A stretch of 64,000 nt of DNA from a virus. The position numbers and the translations under genes are program-made. Under the pieces are notes generated by a model. That model saw only the letters and a program-made list of their open reading frames with translations. It had not been told where the DNA came from and did not search any database. Shown one piece after another: positions 52,551-61,500 of this stretch. The first letter of the stretch is position 1, and the number at the start of each line of letters is the position of its first letter. The stretch is from positions 32,001-96,000 of IMG/VR virus record IMGVR_UViG_3300030107_007542. The stretch is one strand, 5' to 3'.

Positions 52551-55500
52551 TCAGTCTTCCTGGTTATTGTTTAGATCGTTTAGGATCGCTGTTGCTTCTG
52601 CCTCCGTATAATCTCCAACGAACCGAGATTGTCCAGTAGGGTCCGAACCGGGCGAGGCGGCGAGTCTCGGTGCCGGCGGGGGATCCTCCCACGGGGCGGT
52701 ATCGAGTCCCTTGGACACATACTCCACATTCTCGTCAATTTTAAGTAGTTCTACTAGTGAGAAATAATCATACGGCCAGTTGAAGCTATAGGGAGATTCA
52801 ATGGACGCAGGCACCAGAGGCCTATCCTTTGTCAGACCTCGCTTAGAAAGGATATCATAATCCTTGGTAGCACGTTGCTTGACCTTAAATACCAACCACT
52901 GTATATCGCCTGTGCCGAAAATTCGATCCGTGAAGAAATCCGATATATTAACAGTGCTACTTTGCTTTTGCATCTTCTGGATGCTCTCAGGGGGCAGGTT
53001 TTGCCACATGTTTTGCAAATCCTTTTTAGAGAATGTTTGTGTGAATTCGAAAGCATCGAAAAAGACCGGTCGGACTGATCTATTGATAAGGAAATCAAGC
53101 GTGGGAGGTACAATGTACCGCTCTAAAATCTCAATTTGTCGATTGTAACGGCTGAGTTGTTCTTCCCAATAATTAACCGAAGCGGTGCGGCCGCTTTCTC
53201 TGGCTCTTTGAGCAAACTCAGCGGAGCGCTGGAGGTGGATAGTTCGCGGGAGTCTTATGAATTCCCTCTCTCCTCGCACAGATCGGAACGGAACCACAAG
53301 CACAGCTTCTCGCACTGTCTTACTAGTAGAAAGTTCACCGACCCTTTTGCTCCTACTATTGCCAAAGCCCACAACCTGACGCAAGGATTCAACCTCAATT
53401 GCACCATGTTTTTCTGAGTGATACTTCTTTGGTAGATCCTCAATCCCTAGGAACACTCCCTTGTCTGGCTCTGGCACCCGGCCATATTGGTGCCACATGC
53501 CTCGAATTTGGAACGGTGCTGTGGAAGAAGTCACATCAATTGGGGCTGCAGCACCGCCTCCAACAATTGATGAGGTGGGATGTGGCAAGCAAGGGGTGTC
53601 ATAAAAATCAAACATGGGGGTTTCAAACTTCGTTTGCACAACCCACTGGACTTTCTGCTGGCTGGTTCCTTCAGGGATTGCCAAGATCTTATCAAAAATA
53701 TTAACACTCGCACTCAATTGCATCTGAACATAGTCGTAATCCCTCTTTAGATCAGATCCCGTGACGTACCCAATACAACTCGCACTCAAGTTGGTGGAGG
53801 AACTTAACTGCAAATTATTCTCGATCCGGCGGCTATAAACAACATCGGCGGTGGAAACAATGTCTTGCAGTGTTGGACGATCATTATAAGGAGCTTGGAA
53901 TACAATGTCCGCATAAGCCAATCCATTATAATAAGGAGGCGTCAGGTGTGCGAAGGTAATGCCGGATCCACGACTTCCCGAAAGTGCCAACGGAGTTCCA
54001 AAGGCGCTAGCGCGACTATACATGCCAAAAGTTGGATTTCCAATATCATCCGAAGATCTCTCAAGTAAAACCCGCATGCCATAATACTTGTTTTTCTGGA
54101 CGGGCCGGAATGCATCTTCTTCCTTCGACACGTAACTAGTCAAACCATCTTGGAAAAAGTTAACTGTCTCGCATAAGAAATTATCAATTGCCAGCTCATA
54201 CATAGGATTAACCACGTTCCCATCCCAGCGAATCTTATTCTGACTTTGATTACCGAGTGTTCCGTAGCTGACAACGTCCACAATTGACCCGGATCCATCG
54301 TAACCATTAGTCCCCTCACCGGAGAAAGAGAAGACGGAGGAGTTCACACCGCGGACAGATGCAGCTATGCTCGAACTCATCGACACTCCTGTATCATATA
54401 ACCATCCAGCGCCGAGGCCCCCTTCGGGCTCGGCGGCTGCTGCCGAAGCCGTGTTCACAAGAACGCCAGCTGACCAACTGGGTGGTGGCACCACTTCAGA
54501 TCCAGAAGACAACGCCTTCGCAGACATATAATCCTGGGGTCGACGAATTGCCTCAAATGGTATCTTTTGCAGATAATACCCAAAACGAGAACCTGTCGCA
54601 GCTGTATAGATGGTGTTATAGGTATCGGCAGCTACCTGCCGGAATCTGATCGGCATCCAGGCTTTAATTCCGGCGCTGGAGCTATGGCCCACGTTAAGGC
54701 AAGCAAAGGAAGCCGAGTTAACCGACGACGACTGATATGACGCCGACGAATTAAAATTGAACTCCGAGTATCCTTCGAGGGGGGCCCAGTGCTGGTTATT
54801 TGTCGCATCGCCGGCGGCTTCCCAAGCAGAAGCAGACGCTGCTGCAGCACCGTAAACCTGACTGCCGGGGCGTTTTGCAGCGATACCAAGGGCACCGAGT
54901 TGATCGAAATCATAAGAGTCGCAATATTCTCCCTGTTTCAAATCGCCCGGGTTGGAGGCGGTATTGCGAATAATATAGTTCCCCACCGCCAATCCGGACT
55001 TTATGGTATTAAAAAGAATTCCTGGTGAGAACAGTGGTTCAAGCAGAATTCGAGAGAGCGTCTGATTCGGAGTGGCTGCTGGACTCTCTACACCGCCATT
55101 AATGGCGAATGAGGGTGCACTTCTTGTGCCTGGTAAGAATGAGCCCATGGATTGAGAGAAATATGAAGCAAGCTTAACAGTTCTTTCCGCAGGATAGAAG
55201 CCCTTATATGGCAGGAAAGATGTAAAAGCAGTTGCCTGCAGTGTGGTTCCATGGCGAACAATGTTATCATCTTCTGTGGTTCCACGTGGGCCGCGTAGTT
55301 CATCGTCGACCACCTTAAACAACTCTAAGAAATCTGTGGTGGCATACACGCTATAGAAATCTTTAGTCGTCGAGTCGAGAGAGGATCCAGTTAAGTCAAG
55401 CAAATTTCCTAACTTTGCCAAGAAACCATCAGAAGCGGGCTCAGTGGTCTCGTTACCCAAGTAAGTTTCTAAATGTTCGCTAATTCTATACTCGGGCACA

Positions 55501-58500
55501 ATCGAACAATCTTTTCCAGCAAGTCGAAGATTCTCCGAGTAGTCCACATAGGGCTGGTACGGATCAAGGTTTTCTTGATACTGGGCCACCCAAGGATGGA
55601 ACCCCATCAATGTATGATTGGCTGGAACGAGTTGCGCGGCTTTGTAGGGATAACCTCCCTGAACTCGGGCGGGTGTTTCAGGAAGAGGTCGAATATAACT
55701 GCACGCAGGGCGGCAGGAATTAGATATAACAGTGAGGATCGTCGCGGCGTTGCCGGCACTAAAGAAATAGCTGTATGTGTTTTGAAGCTCGCCGGCACCA
55801 GACCCGGTTCCAGCCCCTATCAGGTTCTGGAATAAAGAGCGAACCCCATTACCGAGCTGGTCTTCTCCCGAGAACAGAGCGAATGGTACCGCTCCTGTGA
55901 CAATGGCTGCAAGGCCGCCCGAGACCTTTTGCGCAATAGATGCCGTATTCTGAATTGCATACCCAGTGGAATTGTAAGATCCACTATTGGCAAGACCTAT
56001 CGAGGAGGTTATAAGGGTATATTTCTGTGGAGCATCAAGGGGCCACGGAGAGGCATCCAAAGAATTTACTGATTGTAGTTTAGCGCCGATACCGAAGAAG
56101 AATTCCGACGGGTCGACAGCATACGACGGAACGGCGCCAGTGGGAGCCTGGGGCGTTGGGACAAAATCATCCATCCCTTGTGAATTTAAAAACTTGCCAG
56201 TACGGAGGGGCCGATCTTTATTCCAAATGTTTTCTATAGAATAGTTTGGTCGTGTGCGCACACGCGTCTGGTATACATTTACAGATCGTGGGTAGACGCG
56301 CTCGCCGTATGATGCATACACGGCCATGTCTGCATCCCCAGTTTTGTCAATATAATCTTGAACTTCATTAAACGCCTGATTGTTTCTGACGTCCGGACGC
56401 AAGTCTAATCTGTTGTTAAGACCATTATTCGAAAAATAACCCATATTATTGCCATAAGAAACCTGAAGCGACACATCATTGCCGCGGTCGGGGTTTTCTG
56501 ACATGTCCTCAAAGGCGGCTACAAAGGGCTTGTACCTACTATCTATAGGCTGCTCAACATAGTCTATGGTTGCATTAGGAGACTTTCCGCGGAGGAAGTT
56601 GATAGCGTCTGTTCCGCCCTCTACAAACTGTGGTATCATAGCGGGTGGCTCCGCTATAGAAATCAGGTTGGCGTGTCGCAGGGCTCGCGCAACTGGGTGC
56701 TCCCCCGTTCGCACTTGCTTCCAGGAGGGGTGTTGATATGGGCCATTAAGATTTAACATGGCATGATTAAAGGTAACAAAAGAGTCGCTTAATCGGGAGC
56801 CGGAAATGTAACGATATTCATTTGAACCAGAAGCGTATTTACCCGCCCAGGCACCGGTGACGGGGTGGGCCCATACTTGTCGGTAAGAGGAACTTTCGTG
56901 CGCGGCGAGGCCTGGAGTAGTGGAACCCGTATGGATGCGGTATTCTGATATAACTTCGGACGCAGGATTGACCTCAGATGACCCTGTGGTGCCAGTATTA
57001 ATAGCATGTGCATCACCCACTACATCCTCAATGAATTGGTTTGTGGCACGTGAGCCCCCATTACCCATTCGATACCAATTGGTTAGATTGGCCTTGGGCT
57101 CCCAGTTATCCAAAATATTGCCACGACGCTCAAAAAGTTCCCCAACTTCAGGCGCGCTTAAAACTTTATTGTAAACTTGAAATTCATTAATTAAACCAAG
57201 GAAGGGATATCCTATGGTAGGCAAACCTATATTGCCCAATGCGATGGAGCCCTGACCGCCAGGTGCCGGGTAAGTTAACCCTTGAGAGGCACTGCTGTTG
57301 TTGAAGATGGTTCCAGAGGTAACTTGGCCTTTGCCATCCATGGAGACACCGTTAACATACATTTTTATAGCATCATAGTCGCGGTCCTTACCACCCGCAT
57401 GAAGTACACAAGATGGGTCCGTGCCATTATAGCTAACTGCCAAGTGGTACCATGTGTTCGGCATGAACACACCGCCGCGGCCGGTGGTCAAATTCCAGGC
57501 AGAACTTGTTATCCACATGCTGGCCTTTGAAGGGGAGCTTGTAATGCTCGTGCCTGTGGAAGATGAAAGGTCGCCAGCGCCTCCCGAAATTATTAATTCA
57601 GGGACCCAGCAAGCAACCGATGAAGAGTTATTTTGGCCGACCTGGACACGGGGCCACATGTATAATTGGACTGGAGCATCGGTGTAGACAACCCCGGAAC
57701 CAGCCGGCTTTGTCCAGCTGAACAGTGTCATGACCATGGCTTCCCGATAGGCAGCGTCCATTGAGCCGGAGCCGGGCCAATTCTCCCCGCTCCCAGCGAC
57801 AAGGGTCGAGCCTGTATTGGCTATAGCATTGATGAAAGAACCGCTATAATCAATCTTAAACCACGTAGCTATGGTCCACGCTGAATTTGGTCCCACTGAG
57901 TTTCCGCGACCAGTGGCCGAGGCACTATAGGCAATCGGTGCAGCATATTGGACCCAGTCGCTCGCGGCGCCACATAAAAAGTTTGGACCCTGTCCGCCGG
58001 CGGGGCCGTTTATGGAAATGCCGTGACCAGAGCCACTTATTCTCAGGGACTTGTTGTTCTCCTGAAGCGCAGGAGGTTCCAGCACATGTGTATCCAAATT
58101 CGCATAACGCATTACTTGCGGACTATAAGCAAAGCCAGCAATATTAACACTTGCGCTAGTGACTAGTGATGTCCAGTTCGGTTCCCAAAGCTGATTCATG
58201 GAAGTGGCAGCATCGTCCGCGGTGCCATAGGTGCCGGAGGGACGTCCCTGGAAAGGATAGCGGCCAGGGAAGTAATTACCTGAGGGGCTTGTTAGGCCTC
58301 GCTCAACGTATGCAGAAATTTCAGAGATCTTTGGAGCCGTAGTCGCGCCGTCTGGGGGGACGATCTGCTGATCAAACCCATAAAACGGAACATCTGCTTC
58401 CAGAGATGCTGTAACCCACGCGTAGTTTCGCTCAGCATTGGGAACACCATGTTGTTCATACAGGTTGTCATACACAGAACCCGTAATGATTGGCCAATCG

Positions 58501-61500
58501 GAGGGACTGCTTGGAATCAAAGATTGATAGGTGCCGTAGCCATCAAAACCGTTGGCCGCTATGAGATCGCAACCGAAGCCGGCATTAAAGAACTCCGCCG
58601 CCTTCGGTGCCACGTTATATATGTTAAAGGAATCCCGATGATTCATCACGCCATCGTCTGGTTTTTTCCATATGCTGCTGTCGGAGAATCGCCACCAAAC
58701 CGCAAGATTATCAATTTTCATTTTGGCCAAATCATACAGTTGGTGATGATTATAGATTCGTGATACTTCAGCGGCACTTAGCTCAACATTCCATATTCCC
58801 ATGTTACTTAGATTGCCGGCAAACTGGCCAGAAGCAGCGACTGGATTAAGGGTATTAGCAAAATACCCCAGCCATATATTGCCGGTGGTTCCGGTATATA
58901 TATCCGTGGGACTATTAAGTTGTTGTACAACAGTGGTATCTAGGACTCCATCAATGTATATTTTCATATAGTTGGCAGTATTGCTCCCACCAGGATCCCC
59001 ACCCGCAAAAGTACAAACTACGTGAATCCACGACCCGGCTGCGACTACCCCGGAACTTTTCACGACGCCGTCCTGGGTGCCCTCTATGCCAAAGCGAAGG
59101 GTGTTATCACTATTTTGTATGTATATACCACGCTTAACATTACCACCAGAGGAGCCGTCACTAAAAATCCCCTGGCCGGTGCTGCCAGCTCCGAGTACGC
59201 CTTCGTTCATCCAAAAGGAAATACTAAAGGCTTTAGCGTTCGAGCCGGCGCCGCCGATAAGATTACTCCAAGCTGTACTGTCCCACGCTCCTAGGCTGAG
59301 CCGGTCGCCGTCGTCGGGGTAGAAATGTATTGATCGAGTTTCCCGGGCAAGTTTGAGCCTCTTTTTTGTATTCCTTTGTGTCTTGTGAAAACTAGCAGAA
59401 GTAACAATGCCATCGCCAAGGATGCCATCGCTGTTGCCAACCTGAGAAGCTGACAAAGTTAGCTCGCCAAATGCTGAGTCGGCGCCGAAAGGACCACAAT
59501 GAAGTGTCGAAAGCTGATTTAACCCACGTGGGTGGTCAATCTGATCCAAGGGAGCAACGATAGATGCTGAGGCTGGGGCGCTGGCGCTCGTGGGTATGCC
59601 ATAGTCAATGACAGTCCGATTGCGATAAGGAAGTGCGTTATAAACCGAGAACTCTTCATGCGCGGGATCCATGTAACCTTGAGATCTTACGTCATAGCCG
59701 CCTGGAGCACTGAATCGATTAACAATTACCGTTTGGTTTGAGTTGGAGCCTGTTCGAATTGGGAGTGCATAATCAAGGGTGCCGCTTGGGTTTGTTGTTG
59801 GCCCCCAGCCGCCAACCATGGGACTATCTGTCGTTATCGCAGTCGACGCCAAGTTGGTCGCCGTACCGTCCCATGAAGAAGAGTTGGCGCTGTGAATTGT
59901 GCCGTTATATGTATCGACAGCATCCCCAAGGATTGCTTTTCCGTCGCCCAGAGGCCACCAAGAAACAAGGCCATCGCCTACCAGTTCTACGATGTTAATA
60001 CGGCGCCCTTCTCCATACAATGTGGTAACTTCTGCCGCACTTAGCTCTCGACCCCAGACGGCCGCATCACACATATATTGCTCGCCTTCGACCGCGCCCA
60101 AGCCGCCACCGTTTGCCGCAAGAGTAAAACCATAAGTGGAAAGAGCGACGCCTGGGGTGGAATTCGCGGTTGCGGTTGACGCCAACGTCCCATCCACATA
60201 AATTTGAGGTACCGCGGTTGCGCCGCCAGCAAACGTAACAACTACGTGGTGCCATGTATCTAGAGCGACCACATTAGAAGTCGTATAGGCGTAGTTGCCC
60301 GTCCCGGTCCCGCACATTAACTTCCCGGTGGTACCATAATATACAAAGCGGCGGAAGCCGGTGGCGTAGACGCCGAAAGTCCAAATGTATTCATAATTCA
60401 CAAAGGCAGTAGTTGGTTTAATCCACGTTGAAACAGTAAAAGGCTTTTGGTTGCCACTAGCGCCGCCGACGATCGGGTCCCAGGCTGCCGCGGTGCCAAA
60501 GCTGGCATAGTCATCCGACCCATCGAAATATATACTCTTGGTAGGCGGATCCATAAGAACAGTGCGGCCGCGGGTGGCAGGAGTTTCCGGATTGGGAGCA
60601 AACGTAAATGTCCCCTCACGGAAATAAGGATCGTTCTGCGATCTTCCCGCGGTTTGAATGACTTCGTAGTTCTTCGTATAGTTGCCAATTCGATTATGAT
60701 CGATTGTCCCGGACATGGACTGACTCAAAGACGCCGTCGTCATGAGAATGTTCTTGATGTTTACGGGGCGCTTGGCATGCTCTCCGCGCGGCAGGTTTGC
60801 TTTGGGTCTGTCATAGAGGTTTGTAGTGCCGCCGGCTGTGTCCAACTCAGGATACTGCGGCGAGACCACCTGTAGATGGCCCGAGGATGCCTTCCAGGGG
60901 CTTCCGGAGTTGGAGCCCGTGAACTCGTGACCCATCTGCACTCGGAAGCCTTCAGGGCGATTCACACGGCTGTCAAGGCCATTGAAGTTATTGGCCATGG
61001 TGAGCGGATCGGAAATACTGTCGGGGGATCCAGATTGGTTCAGCTCAATATGACGGTGCTGTCGGCCTCCAACAAACTTCTCAGTAAAGGGCCCCTGCAT
61101 TGGAACATCTGTCTGATCTGAGGCAAGGTCAGCATGCATGTTGGTGATGATTGTGCTGCCAGTAAAGTTCGACATCTCGCTTGATAGAGCATCACTAATA
61201 GATGAGCTGTACAGACTAAAGGGTGCAACCGTGGCACCGTCGGCGTCTCTCTCGTACACTTCATAACTTGCCGACTGGACTCCCATTCCAAATCCATAAC
61301 GAACTTTCTGAGCTGGGAAATATTCATCTGAGGAACTGATCAGGCTTTCTACATCAGCAGACTTTGCCACCATGATGTTGCTCGGTACAGCACCATAGGT
61401 TCCCTGACCCACTGTGGGGCCGGCTGGTGCCGTCGCCTCATACACCACACCCTTGCGCTGACTTGGGTGTCTGGCGACGCCTCCGAGGACCACAGAGCCT